Shown here in pieces: positions 36,820 to 46,122 of a stretch of DNA of 64,000 nucleotides. This DNA is from a virus. Below the pieces are notes generated by a model. That model saw nothing but the letters and a program-made list of their open reading frames with translations. It was not told the origin of the DNA and made no database searches. The stretch is taken from IMG/VR virus record IMGVR_UViG_3300045997_000112, positions 41,426 to 105,425 of that record; one strand, given 5' to 3'. Numbering within the stretch: position 1 is the stretch's first letter; the number at the start of each line of letters is the position of its first letter. Position numbers and translations under genes: made by a program.

Positions 36820-39134
36820 AGTGCCGCCACCGCCGTCTGGAACGTGGCCCAGTCAGTCGCCCCAGCGACCAGGGCCTTGAACTCGGTCTTCGTGAGCGCG
36901 TTCAAGCTGGACCCAGCTGCTGTTGGCTGAGCGACCTTGTCCACCACGAGCACCGGGTTCGCCGGGTCGGTGTTGTTCTGGTGGACGGTCAGGACTGAAG
37001 CCCGACGGATCCACTCCTTGAGCGTGGAGCCGTACACATTGGCTCCGTCAGAGGTCTGCATGCGTCCCAGCTTGAAGTTGCCCGGTGAGCTCTCCATGCT
37101 GGCCCAGACCGCCGCGCCCCCGGAGATGGCTGCGAGATCCGGGTAGATCTGCCCATTCGTGCCTGGAGTGGTTGCCAGCGCCAGATCGATGTCCTGCGAC
37201 CCAGCCGGAAGGGCGTCCGCCCGGACACAGATGTAGTTCGGGTCGTACTTGTCCACGAACAGGTGCAGATCGGCGGCGATCTCAACCGTGGTCGCCTCGA
37301 CGGCCCCGACCCGGGCATCCAGCTCGCTGATGTAGCCCACAAGATCGGTGTGCACGGACACCGCACGCGGATCGCCGATCTGCTGCTGCAGCGGGGTGAC
37401 GATCTGCTCCTCGATGTACGCCAGTGACAGCGGCTCCCACACACCCTCACCGGACGTGCCCAGCACATTTCCCGCCGGGGTATCGGCCGGGGCCGCAACG
37501 TCGGTGAGCCAGTTCAACGGACGGGCGGGCAGCGGAGATCCGACCCAGTCGCCTTCCGTGTTCTTGCTCAGGAGCATCCCTGGCACAGCAGTCGAGACGT
37601 CGACGTCGGACAGGTCATCAAGCGCTCCGGCCACACCGGACGGCCCCTGCTCTCCAGGGACGCCCTGTGGTCCCTGCTCGCCGGGAGGCCCCTGCGGCCC
37701 GGTTCCCCCCGACCCTCCGGAGCCCCCAGAGGAGGCGGGGACGAAGATCAGGTGGTCGCTGCCGAGGATGGCAATGTTGCCCGGATCCGCACTGACCTTC
37801 TTGGCGGCCGCCGTCTCGAGATCCCGGACCTGGAGCTCGATCTTCTCGACCTTGGTGATCGCGGCGCCGGTCAGGTTGAGCACGTCCAGGCGGAAGGTGC
37901 TCAGATCCGTGTCCAGACGGACCTGGGTCTCGCCCTGAGCCTCGATGATCTTCTCGTCGACGTACTTCTTGTTGGTCAGGTGCAGTGGGGTGGTGGGCGC
38001 GGCGAAGCCAACAATGGGGCCCCGGGACTCCAGGCTGGCCTGGCCGGACACCGGGGCGGCCAGGGACCAGACACCGGTGCCCCCGTCCCAACTGAGTGCG
38101 CGATCGGGATCGTTGTCGGGGATCAGCGAGAAGGTGGCCTTGTCGGGAGCCGAGAGGACCACCGGCCCGAACTGGAACGTCCCCACGAGGGAGAAGCTGC
38201 CCTCGAGCTCGTCGCCGGAGTTGAGCACCCCGGTCTGGTCGGTGAGCATCCCCGGATGCGTGTGATCAATGGGAGAGAACACACCCTCGGCCTGTGCCAA
38301 TGGGATAGCGTCATCCGGAGCAGTGGCCTCCCGCACGCGCAGGGCCACGGGCTCCTCAACGTGAAGGGTCTGCACCTCCAGGCTGTCGGCCACCAGGGCC
38401 GCGTTGTCCTTGGGGAAGGTGTGCTCGTCCACGTAGCTCCGAGTCACCAAGGTGGTCTCGGGATCCTGCTTCGTGGTTCGGGGCGCCTGGACTGAGCCCG
38501 TGAGCGTTCCGCCGTACAGCGGCAGACGATCGGCGATCAGCTGCTCGAGCTGTGCCTGAACGGTCGCCGCGTCCAGCCTGGTCTGCAGCCCCTGGTGATC
38601 GGAGTCGGTGTGCAGCAGCGATGCGTCGTCGTCGACCTGGAGGACGTTGGCCGGATCCTCCGACAGCCTCCAGGTGTTGAGGCCGCCAATGTTGAGCCAG
38701 ACGCCGTCATGCTTGACGACCAGATCACCCGAGCCCGCATCTCCCGCCCAGCTCGGAGCGGGGCCCACCACGAGGTAGACCTTGTCCGCGTCAGCGGGCT
38801 CCGGGGATGCAGCTGCCACGATCCCCGAGATGGCGTCGGTGGCCAGACCCACCGGGCCCCGAGGCCCTGCCGGACCGGTGGGGCCCTGATCACCCTTGGG
38901 TCCGGGATCCCCGGGGTCGCCCTTGCCGTGGACACCCTGGGGTCCCTGGGGCCCCGTCTTGCCTTGCAGGCCGCGCTTGCCCTGCGGACCGGGCCGCCCG
39001 ACCCCAGGAGGGCCGGGCTGCTTGTCCGCGTAGATGAGCTCGACCATCTTCTGGAGGTCGCGGCGAGTGATGTACCCGTACTCCGGGTCACTCGGTGACT
39101 TGTCCAGGAGCGCGAGCGCGTCCTTCAGAGACAT
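36816..39134 (-). CDS. collagen-like fibre protein with N-terminal docking domain
   Basis: GYITRRDLQKMV motif, two Gly-X-Y tracts, TNKKYVD and TRSYVD fibre motifs. Confidence 0.8.
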   Translation of the reverse strand: MSLKDALALLDKSPSDPEYGYITRRDLQKMVELIYADKQPGPPGVGRPGPQGKRGLQGKTGPQGPQGVHGKGDPGDPGPKGDQGPTGPAGPRGPVGLATDAISGIVAAASPEPADADKVYLVVGPAPSWAGDAGSGDLVVKHDGVWLNIGGLNTWRLSEDPANVLQVDDDASLLHTDSDHQGLQTRLDAATVQAQLEQLIADRLPLYGGTLTGSVQAPRTTKQDPETTLVTRSYVDEHTFPKDNAALVADSLEVQTLHVEEPVALRVREATAPDDAIPLAQAEGVFSPIDHTHPGMLTDQTGVLNSGDELEGSFSLVGTFQFGPVVLSAPDKATFSLIPDNDPDRALSWDGGTGVWSLAAPVSGQASLESRGPIVGFAAPTTPLHLTNKKYVDEKIIEAQGETQVRLDTDLSTFRLDVLNLTGAAITKVEKIELQVRDLETAAAKKVSADPGNIAILGSDHLIFVPASSGGSGGSGGTGPQGPPGEQGPQGVPGEQGPSGVAGALDDLSDVDVSTAVPGMLLSKNTEGDWVGSPLPARPLNWLTDVAAPADTPAGNVLGTSGEGVWEPLSLAYIEEQIVTPLQQQIGDPRAVSVHTDLVGYISELDARVGAVEATTVEIAADLHLFVDKYDPNYICVRADALPAGSQDIDLALATTPGTNGQIYPDLAAISGGAAVWASMESSPGNFKLGRMQTSDGANVYGSTLKEWIRRASVLTVHQNNTDPANPVLVVDKVAQPTAAGSSLNALTKTEFKALVAGATDWATFQTAVAAL

Positions 39135-39144
39135 GGTGGGTTCC

Positions 39145-39411
39145 TCACGGAGCGGTGGTGGCGGCCTTCACGGCGTCAATGAACGCGGTGTCTGCGATCA
39201 GCGCATCCTTGACGGCGGCGATGGTGGTGGGATCTGCCGGATCCATCGGGGGACCGGTGGGACCGACGGCGCCCTGCACTGCCTGATCGAAGAGCGCCAT
39301 GAACAGGGCTCGGAGATCCTCCTTCGTGATGTACGAGTAGGACTCTCCTGGACCGGGCTCCAAGTACGCATCGAGCGTCTCGGTCCAGAGCTTGTCATTC
39401 TTGTCAGCCAT
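39145..39411 (-). CDS. short paralogue of fibre N-terminal docking domain
   Basis: SYITKEDLRALFMALFD followed by 3 collagen triplets. Confidence 0.75.
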   Translation of the reverse strand: MADKNDKLWTETLDAYLEPGPGESYSYITKEDLRALFMALFDQAVQGAVGPTGPPMDPADPTTIAAVKDALIADTAFIDAVKAATTAP

Positions 39412-39419
39412 TGCGTCTC

Positions 39420-40874
39420 CTAGATCTGGAACCAGACGGAACCCTCGGCCGGTGCCGTGGGCTGGGTGGCTTGGACGACGATCCGGTCGTCGACGTACTT
39501 CTTGGTCGCGGCGTGATCGGCAGAGGTGGGCGCCGCCACCTGAAGGTTGCCGAACCCACTGTCCCCCACGTTCCGAACCGCCAGAACACCGACTCCCGCC
39601 GACTGAAGAAGGGCCACCCCGTCGAACCTGATGCGCCCACGCCCTCCGGGAGCCACCTGCAGGAACAGCTCTGCGGTGGGGTCATTGATGATCCGCAGGG
39701 CGGGGAACGAGGTCGTCCCGTCCGCCTTCGCCAGATCGGCGTGGCCGTGGTTCCCGGCCGCCACCTGAGTGCCGGTGGTGCCCACATCGACGGCGACCTT
39801 GTTGGCCACCAGCTTGAGACCGCCGCCGATGTCCACCCTGAGCTCGGGGTCGGTGGACAGCGCCCCTCCGCCCGCCAGACCAAGACCGGCTCGGACCTGC
39901 TTGACGCCCAGGTCAGCCACGTACAGCCGACCGGCAGAGATCTTGGCCGCGTTGGCCGCCTCGGACGAGAGCATGTCCTGAGGGAGCGGAACCACCGCAC
40001 CGGCAGGACCCTGCGCGCCCGTATCGCCCTTGGCGCCCGGCGCACCATCGACACCCTGGCGCCCGTCAGCACCCGGCTCGCCCTTGTCTCCCTTGGGCCC
40101 CTGGATGGCCCCAACATTCACCCAGTCCGGATCCTCGAACAGAAGCCCGTCGCCAGTGTTGGGAGTCAAGCCCCCCGGCCAACCACCCGCGGGGACAGTC
40201 GCCCCGGCGATGTACATGTCACCGCTCTTCGGAGCCGGAGGCACCGGACGTGTGGCGTCCAACGTGCCCTTGATCGTCACCCCAGAACCAGCAGGTCCCT
40301 GCTCACCGGTGAAGCCTCGGGGACCCTGAGGTCCGGTGGCGCCGGTGTCACCCTTGGGGCCGAGCGGGCCCTGCAACCCGGGCGCGCCGATCGGACCACG
40401 ATCACCCTGGATGCCCTGCGGTCCCGTAGGGCCAGCCACCCCGGTGTCACCCTTGGGCCCCTGAGAACCCTGAGGGCCGATCGGACCGACATCTCCCTTG
40501 GGGCCCTGCGGCCCGGCGGGTCCGTCAGGCCCACGTGCACCCGGAGGTCCCTGGGCTCCCAGGTCTCCCCGGTCTCCCTTGGGACCCTGCGGACCGATCG
40601 GGCCGATGGTGCCGCCCGCAATCATGGGCTGGAAGGAGGAGCCATCCCAGACGTAGGCCAACTTCGTCTCCGTGACGAAGATGATGTTCCCGAGGGCGTC
40701 ACTCGTGGGGATCTCAGACTCGAACTGGAACACCGGGATGATCTCGACGTGCGAGAGGTCGATGTCGTCGAAGACGAGGTCCATGGCCTGACGAAGGTCA
40801 TTGGCACTGAGGTACGCGACAGTCTCCCCGGACGTTGGCTTGAGAAGCCCGAGAGCCTTATCCCGATTGGACAT
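39420..40874 (-). CDS. collagen-like fibre protein
   Basis: [12 protein letters not shown] motif, long Gly-[12 protein letters not shown]-term [14 protein letters not shown]. Confidence 0.85.
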   Translation of the reverse strand: MSNRDKALGLLKPTSGETVAYLSANDLRQAMDLVFDDIDLSHVEIIPVFQFESEIPTSDALGNIIFVTETKLAYVWDGSSFQPMIAGGTIGPIGPQGPKGDRGDLGAQGPPGARGPDGPAGPQGPKGDVGPIGPQGSQGPKGDTGVAGPTGPQGIQGDRGPIGAPGLQGPLGPKGDTGATGPQGPRGFTGEQGPAGSGVTIKGTLDATRPVPPAPKSGDMYIAGATVPAGGWPGGLTPNTGDGLLFEDPDWVNVGAIQGPKGDKGEPGADGRQGVDGAPGAKGDTGAQGPAGAVVPLPQDMLSSEAANAAKISAGRLYVADLGVKQVRAGLGLAGGGALSTDPELRVDIGGGLKLVANKVAVDVGTTGTQVAAGNHGHADLAKADGTTSFPALRIINDPTAELFLQVAPGGRGRIRFDGVALLQSAGVGVLAVRNVGDSGFGNLQVAAPTSADHAATKKYVDDRIVVQATQPTAPAEGSVWFQI

Positions 40875-40904
40875 GCGCCATCCCTCCAGACTGATGGGCC
40901 CAGA

Positions 40905-41030
40905 CTAACGGCGCGGGCCCGCCTCACGAGGGCCTAAATCCTCGTCGTCCTCATCGAAGGGGAGGAACAGGACCCGAGACACAACATTGGCCGCCCCGAC
41001 GAGCAGGGCGGCCAACGCGCGGCGGAGCAA
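40905..41030 (-). CDS. small hypothetical peptide (41 aa)
   Basis: TTG start after AGGTGA; MLRALAALLVGAANVVSRVLFLPFDEDDEDL...; GC3-biased codons. Confidence 0.35.
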   Translation of the reverse strand: MLRRALAALLVGAANVVSRVLFLPFDEDDEDLGPREAGPRR

Positions 41031-41033
41031 GGG

Positions 41034-41474
41034 TCACCTGTCGCCGATGATCTTGACTTCCCTGGTCTCGAGCTCGACCTCGAAGTTCATCAGGTTCCCG
41101 TGAGCGTCGAAGGCGTAGAGCCGCAGGCAGAACTCCCAGTTGCTGCGGTCCACGGTGTGCGGCCAGGTGTGTGCGATCAGCTGGTGCTGGTCTCCGAACC
41201 GAGCACAGGGGATCGGACCGTTCAGCCCGGTGATGTCGTTCTCCGGGATCTGGTTGTACCAAGTGCGGATCCCGCCGTACCAGAGCGCGTCGCGCTGCGT
41301 CTGGTTGAGCATGTGCAGATCGACGTTGGCGTAGAGCGCCAGCAGGTGCCGCCCGCTGGGGACCTCGGCCTCCCAGTTGGTGTGCCCGGCGATGTCGATG
41401 TGCACGTCCGTGTTGGTGCGGATCTTGTGGACGCCGGTCTCCTTGAGGGAGATGAAGTCGTCGGTGGCGGTCAC
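41034..41474 (-). CDS. hypothetical protein
   Basis: GC3-biased ORF; GTGA overlap with upstream stop. Confidence 0.75.
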   Translation of the reverse strand: MTATDDFISLKETGVHKIRTNTDVHIDIAGHTNWEAEVPSGRHLLALYANVDLHMLNQTQRDALWYGGIRTWYNQIPENDITGLNGPIPCARFGDQHQLIAHTWPHTVDRSNWEFCLRLYAFDAHGNLMNFEVELETREVKIIGDR

Positions 41475-42247
41475 ATCTTCTCCTTGCTCTGGGACGGGAC
41501 GTCCTTCTCGCCGGGGTTGGTGTCCTTGTCAACCACGGCACCCTCGGGACGGTCCTTGACCGGCGCGGTGAGGTAGCCCACGTCCGGATCCTGGTCCACG
41601 CGCATCGGAACATCCACGGGGAGGTTCGAGGGAGCAGGGTCGGACACCAGCTCGGGAGCGATGCGCCCGGGAACCAGCACCGGGGTGCTCTGCGGGTTCA
41701 CGATGGGCGGCGGCACCACGTAGGGCAGCGGGGGCACGTTGCTCGGCGGGACCACCCATGCGGCAGGCACGTTGTGGGACTGCTCCGGCCAGATGTACGG
41801 AATGGCCTCAGGAACTTCCGGGTTGGGAACCGGCACCTTCATCGGGACCAGCCCGGGAATCTGCTCCACCTGCTCCGGGGTCATGTACGGCACCAGCTGG
41901 GGCACCAACATTGGACCCGGAACCGGAACCTTGTACGGAGTCTGCTGTGGAACAGACACGGGTGCCACGGGGATCGTGTACGCGTATCCCGGAACGGCGC
42001 CCGGGACTGCCTGGGGCACTGGGTTGGGAACGGGGAACGGAATCGCCTGGGCGATCTCCGTCGGCGTGGGAGCTTCCTCCAGCAGCAGGGCGTGGATGCT
42101 GCCCAGGCGCACGGCAGCCTGGTCCTCGACGGGAAGCAGGATCACCTCGGCACCCTGGCCGGAACTGCGCTCGTAGGTGGCGAACATCTTGCCGTCAGAG
42201 GAGGTGAGGGACTTGGCGAGATACGTGGCGAGTACGGTGACCATCAC
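41471..42247 (-). CDS. Pro/Val-rich hypothetical protein
   Basis: AAGGA RBS; about 130 aa of VP/IP repeats. Confidence 0.7.
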   Translation of the reverse strand: MMVTVLATYLAKSLTSSDGKMFATYERSSGQGAEVILLPVEDQAAVRLGSIHALLLEEAPTPTEIAQAIPFPVPNPVPQAVPGAVPGYAYTIPVAPVSVPQQTPYKVPVPGPMLVPQLVPYMTPEQVEQIPGLVPMKVPVPNPEVPEAIPYIWPEQSHNVPAAWVVPPSNVPPLPYVVPPPIVNPQSTPVLVPGRIAPELVSDPAPSNLPVDVPMRVDQDPDVGYLTAPVKDRPEGAVVDKDTNPGEKDVPSQSKEKM

Positions 42248-42274
42248 TGTTCCTTGTCTTTGGGTGAGTTGTGC

Positions 42275-42970
42275 TCAGGTTACGTGCAGGCCCAGGGCCT
42301 GCGCTTGCCGAGGACCGACGTAGGAGTGGCCCTTTGGGTCGGCGGCCCAGCCACGGGAGCGCTGGTCGGCGCGAACCGCATCATCGGTCTGCGGCCCGTA
42401 GTACCCGTCGGCAGTGATGTGCAGCGCGTGCTGCAGGTCCTTCACGTCGTCGTTGCGCGCCCCGAACTTGAGGTTGGACAGCTTCACGGCCGCCCCCGAC
42501 GAGACATGCGTCGATGACGAGCCGCCCATCTCGAAGTGGTGCTGGGCGGGACGGGGGAACGGATCGTGGGCGTGGGACGCGAGGCCGTTCTGGCCACGGT
42601 TGTACGCCGCCACCTGATTCTTGGCGCCCGAGGACAACCCCGGCTCATCAGCCACGATGACGTGGATGTGCGGTCCCCCGAGATGGGACGGCCAGCCGTA
42701 CTTGGGAGAGCGGAACCAGGCATCCCCGAACCGCTTGCGAAACGCGGTGCACACCTTGATCGCGGTGGACTCACTCATCCCGTGGACGCTGACGTCGATC
42801 GCACCAGCTCCATCGTGGGTCCCAGCAGAGGCGGACGTGCCGGAGTGGTAGGACCCCTGGAGCACGGTCAGCTGCAGCCCGACCTCCTTCTCCACGTCCT
42901 CCAGCAGCGCCCACACGCGTCGGGACAGCGTCTTTCCGGACCGGGTGATCCGGTCATGCGGGCTACTCAT
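42275..42970 (-). CDS. endolysin (Zn peptidase + peptidoglycan-binding domain)
   Basis: QGSY...SAGTHDGAGAID...HIH (LAS/M15-like ligands); DVKDLQHAL..ADGYYGPQTDDAVR (PG_binding_1-like). Confidence 0.85.
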   Translation of the reverse strand: MSSPHDRITRSGKTLSRRVWALLEDVEKEVGLQLTVLQGSYHSGTSASAGTHDGAGAIDVSVHGMSESTAIKVCTAFRKRFGDAWFRSPKYGWPSHLGGPHIHVIVADEPGLSSGAKNQVAAYNRGQNGLASHAHDPFPRPAQHHFEMGGSSSTHVSSGAAVKLSNLKFGARNDDVKDLQHALHITADGYYGPQTDDAVRADQRSRGWAADPKGHSYVGPRQAQALGLHVT

Positions 42971-43091
42971 CGAGGTCACCCTCCACGTCGGACTCGTGGA
43001 ACTCGTCCACGACGTCGTCACCCTCAGTGGTCAGGGGATCGAAGTCGTCCCAGAGGTCGTCCTTGACCTCCACCACGGTCTCGTCACTCAC
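42963..43091 (-). CDS. small acidic peptide
   Basis: MSDETVVEVKDDLWDDFD...; overlaps flanking genes. Confidence 0.55.
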   Translation of the reverse strand: MSDETVVEVKDDLWDDFDPLTTEGDDVVDEFHESDVEGDLDE

Positions 43092-43303
43092 GGAACCTCC
43101 TCGATTCGGTCGGCCGACAGGAACAATGGTGAGTAGCTCTCCAACTCGGCATCCCAGAACTGGACGAACTGGTCGCCCAGAGGAACCCATAGGTCGTCCG
43201 GGCGGTCCGGGCTCTTGGACTGGATCACGTCCACCGTCATCGTGGAGTTCGACTCAGCCCACTGGACGACGACCCGGGTGCCGGGAGAGAACGGTGATGC
43301 CAT
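43088..43303 (-). CDS. hypothetical protein
   Basis: GGAGG RBS; 71 aa. Confidence 0.65.
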   Translation of the reverse strand: MASPFSPGTRVVVQWAESNSTMTVDVIQSKSPDRPDDLWVPLGDQFVQFWDAELESYSPLFLSADRIEEVP

Positions 43304-43313
43304 CAGGGCCTCC

Positions 43314-43886
43314 TCATCGTGGTGCCACCGCGAAGTAGTCCACGAGGCAGTCCGTCGCGTTCGTGCGGTTGACGTGGGCTGTGAATCCGGCAGCGTCCAC
43401 CGCGCTCACAGTAGCGTTGACGTAGATGTCGCCGGGTGTGCTGGTCCTCATGCTGACGACGACGACGGGGACGCTGTTGAACGGACTGGAGAAGTTGACC
43501 CGCGCCTCTCGGTTACCAGCACCACCGTTGACCCATGCCATGCCTGCTCGGATCGAGTACGGGTGGTTCGGCCCAGCCGGACCCGTTCCTCCTGCTGGAC
43601 CTTGCCCGCCTGCTGGACCTTGCCCGCCTCCGGGGCCTTGAGGTCCCTGGGAGCCCACGGGACCTACTCCACCGGCAGCACCGCGATCACCTTCCGGTCC
43701 CGTCGGACCTTTGTCACCCGTCGGCCCTTTGTCACCCGTCGGACCCTTGATGGTCCCGCCACTGGGGCCAGTGGGACCGGTGTCACCCTTCGGCCCTATC
43801 GGACCCCGTTCCCCACGCGAACCGGGAGCCACAGGTATCGGGACCATCTGTCCCGTTGTTGGGTCGCGGTACTCAATGTTGGCCAT
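43314..43886 (-). CDS. collagen-like fibre chain with H-type-lectin-like head
   Basis: [11 protein letters not shown], 7+20 Gly-X-Y triplets, [16 protein letters not shown]...GF...VDYFAV. Confidence 0.8.
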   Translation of the reverse strand: MANIEYRDPTTGQMVPIPVAPGSRGERGPIGPKGDTGPTGPSGGTIKGPTGDKGPTGDKGPTGPEGDRGAAGGVGPVGSQGPQGPGGGQGPAGGQGPAGGTGPAGPNHPYSIRAGMAWVNGGAGNREARVNFSSPFNSVPVVVVSMRTSTPGDIYVNATVSAVDAAGFTAHVNRTNATDCLVDYFAVAPR

Positions 43887-44476
43887 CAGCCAACCCCAAT
43901 CGCAATCCAGTTGACCCGAGTGTTCGTGCCGTTCGTGCGGTACACCCACACGGTGCCGCCGGACACGGACGGGCCTGTGCTCACCCCGACCGCCTTCACG
44001 GTACCGGGCACCGTGGAACTGGCGCAGGCGATGAGCACGGGGGGCTGGGCGAATGGCGGGTTGAACGACACGTTGGCCGAGGTGGGGGTGTTCGCCGTCG
44101 GGTTGACGTCCACGTACCCCATGCGGAACGTGACGCCCTGCGGTTGCCCGGCCGGGCCTTGTGCCCCTCCCGGTCCTTGGATCCCTGTTGGCCCTGCACC
44201 ACCAGTCGGGCCCGCTGGCCCCTGATCCCCAGCGGGACCCTGCGGTCCCACGGCACCGGGAGCTCCGGTGTCGCCCTTCGGTCCCACATCCCCAGTCGGT
44301 CCCTTGTCCCCAGTGGGCCCCTTTGCTCCCGGCGTGTCACCAGATCCAGTTGCCGCATCCCCCGGTGGCCCGACGGGACCCTTGTCCCCGATCGGGCCCT
44401 CGATCCCGGGAAGCCCAGTGAGATCGATCTCCACGAAGTTCCCATTGACGTCCCGCGCCATGATGATGTTGGTCAC
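43886..44476 (-). CDS. collagen-like fibre chain with H-type-lectin-like head
   Basis: 7+21 Gly-X-Y triplets, [11 protein letters not shown]...VNWIAIG. Confidence 0.8.
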   Translation of the reverse strand: MTNIIMARDVNGNFVEIDLTGLPGIEGPIGDKGPVGPPGDAATGSGDTPGAKGPTGDKGPTGDVGPKGDTGAPGAVGPQGPAGDQGPAGPTGGAGPTGIQGPGGAQGPAGQPQGVTFRMGYVDVNPTANTPTSANVSFNPPFAQPPVLIACASSTVPGTVKAVGVSTGPSVSGGTVWVYRTNGTNTRVNWIAIGVG

Positions 44477-45753
44477 GAGATCGCCCCCCAGACCACCCAG
44501 TGAATCCACGTCGAAGTGTTGTTCGACCGCAGCACGCACACCCGGAACCCAGTCGCCCAGTGGGTGTCCACGCTGACACCCTTCACCGTGGAGCCCATGA
44601 CGGTGGACGCCCCAGTGATGACCAGCCCCGGGTCGCCGGACGGGTAGTTGTTGCCACCGTAGGACTCGTCCTTGTAGGTGTAGGTGTTGGCGATCGGGGT
44701 CACCATGGTCGAGCCCATGGCGATGCGGTACCGCTGGGATGCGTCGCCGGACGGGCCCTGCCCACCGCCCGGACCCTGCGGTCCCTGCGGACCGGCCGGA
44801 CCTGTCGGCCCCTGCGCTCCGGTCGGGCCCTTCGCTCCGGCCACCGTTCCGGTGGCACCGACGGCGCCCGTGGGTCCCTTGTCCCCGGTCGGTCCCTTGT
44901 CGCCGACGGGTCCCTTGTCGCCGTCCGGGCCGACACCGGGCGCGCCGGGAGGTCCCTTGTCACCCTGGGGCCCGGTCGGACCCTTCGGACCTTGGGCGCC
45001 CTGTTCGCCAGCGAGAGGGACCAACCGCCCAGTGGTCGGATCGAGATAGGAGGCGCGGATGCTTGTGGACTGCGGCTCTGTCGGTGGTGGCTCCACGGGC
45101 GGGGGTGCGGGCAGCCACGGAAGCAACGGTTCGGCAGACCCGATGTTGCACTGGAAGTCATCGAAGACGCTCGGGCCCGGGTCATAGGACACCGGGCGCA
45201 CGAACCTGAAGACCCTGAAGTCGGCGAAGGGCGGCGTGATGGCAACGGCCCCGGAGTCGTGCAGGGGGGCTCCGTCAGTGTCGTAGACCCTGAGCCGGGC
45301 GGTCCTCGCGTCGGTGTCCCAACCCATCGTGACCCAGTACCAGACCCCGGGCGGAAGGTGCGGTGACTGACCGGTGGCGAGTCCGGAGGATCCCTGCATG
45401 ATCCGGAACCGCTGGTTTGCCCCGGTGGTGTAGAGCACCCCGCCCACGGTCCCAGCGGAGGAGGAGTTGCGTATGTCGCACAGCCGCGCATCCACCGACG
45501 GTGCCGCTCCGGGCTTGAACCAGAACCCGATCGCCGTCTTGGTCACCGGGGCTGCCATGTTCCACTGGAGGAGCCCGGTCGCGTTGCCCTCGGCCTTGAC
45601 CCCGATACCGTTCTTGCCGTCCGCCGTGTACGGCACGAGGTTGGGACTGACCGTAGTCCACGGCGTCCCCGAACCCTGTTCGTCCGCGGTGACGAACTGC
45701 CCGGGCGTGCCGCCCTCGCAGTCGTTCCAGAGCGTCGTGGTCGGGGTGCTCAT
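44473..45753 (-). CDS. LamG-like domain + collagen + H-type-lectin-like head fibre protein
   Basis: IGFWFK...WYWVTMGWD...LRVYD (LamG-like), [11 protein letters not shown], 8+20 triplets, GFRV...IHWVVWG. Confidence 0.8.
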   Translation of the reverse strand: MSTPTTTLWNDCEGGTPGQFVTADEQGSGTPWTTVSPNLVPYTADGKNGIGVKAEGNATGLLQWNMAAPVTKTAIGFWFKPGAAPSVDARLCDIRNSSSAGTVGGVLYTTGANQRFRIMQGSSGLATGQSPHLPPGVWYWVTMGWDTDARTARLRVYDTDGAPLHDSGAVAITPPFADFRVFRFVRPVSYDPGPSVFDDFQCNIGSAEPLLPWLPAPPPVEPPPTEPQSTSIRASYLDPTTGRLVPLAGEQGAQGPKGPTGPQGDKGPPGAPGVGPDGDKGPVGDKGPTGDKGPTGAVGATGTVAGAKGPTGAQGPTGPAGPQGPQGPGGGQGPSGDASQRYRIAMGSTMVTPIANTYTYKDESYGGNNYPSGDPGLVITGASTVMGSTVKGVSVDTHWATGFRVCVLRSNNTSTWIHWVVWGAIS

Positions 45754-45754
45754 G

Positions 45755-46114
45755 TCAGACCTGCGGTGCCGCCGGTCCGGAGGGCTCCTCCACCGGGGCG
45801 GGTGGTGCGGCAGGAGCCGGGTTGGTGTCCATCGGGACCACGGTGGGGTTGCCCATGATCCCCTGCACCGCCGACAGGATCATCCCGTCGGTGATCACTG
45901 CGGGCTCCCATCCCGGGCGGTCCATCAGCGCGGCGACCGCCGATGCGTACGCCTCACCCCATCCCGGCTGTCCGGCACACTCCCACTGCACCCGATCGGC
46001 GAGCACCAGCGCGGGGATCCCCATCCGGGAGTACCCCTCCTGCGCCATGCACGCCGCGATCCTCGATCGCAGATCCATGTCAACCGCCGCAGCGGCGATC
46101 TCGTTGTAACCCAT
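45755..46114 (-). CDS. fibre-associated protein (possible chaperone)
   Basis: [13 protein letters not shown]...[10 protein letters not shown]...[12 protein letters not shown]; AGGAGG RBS. Confidence 0.75.
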   Translation of the reverse strand: MGYNEIAAAAVDMDLRSRIAACMAQEGYSRMGIPALVLADRVQWECAGQPGWGEAYASAVAALMDRPGWEPAVITDGMILSAVQGIMGNPTVVPMDTNPAPAAPPAPVEEPSGPAAPQV

Positions 46115-46122
46115 CGCTCCTC

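Noticed and set aside
40987-41015. Terminator hairpin TTGGCCGCCC/GGGCGGCCAA
   Set aside because: No U-tract, and it lies within a plausible small ORF
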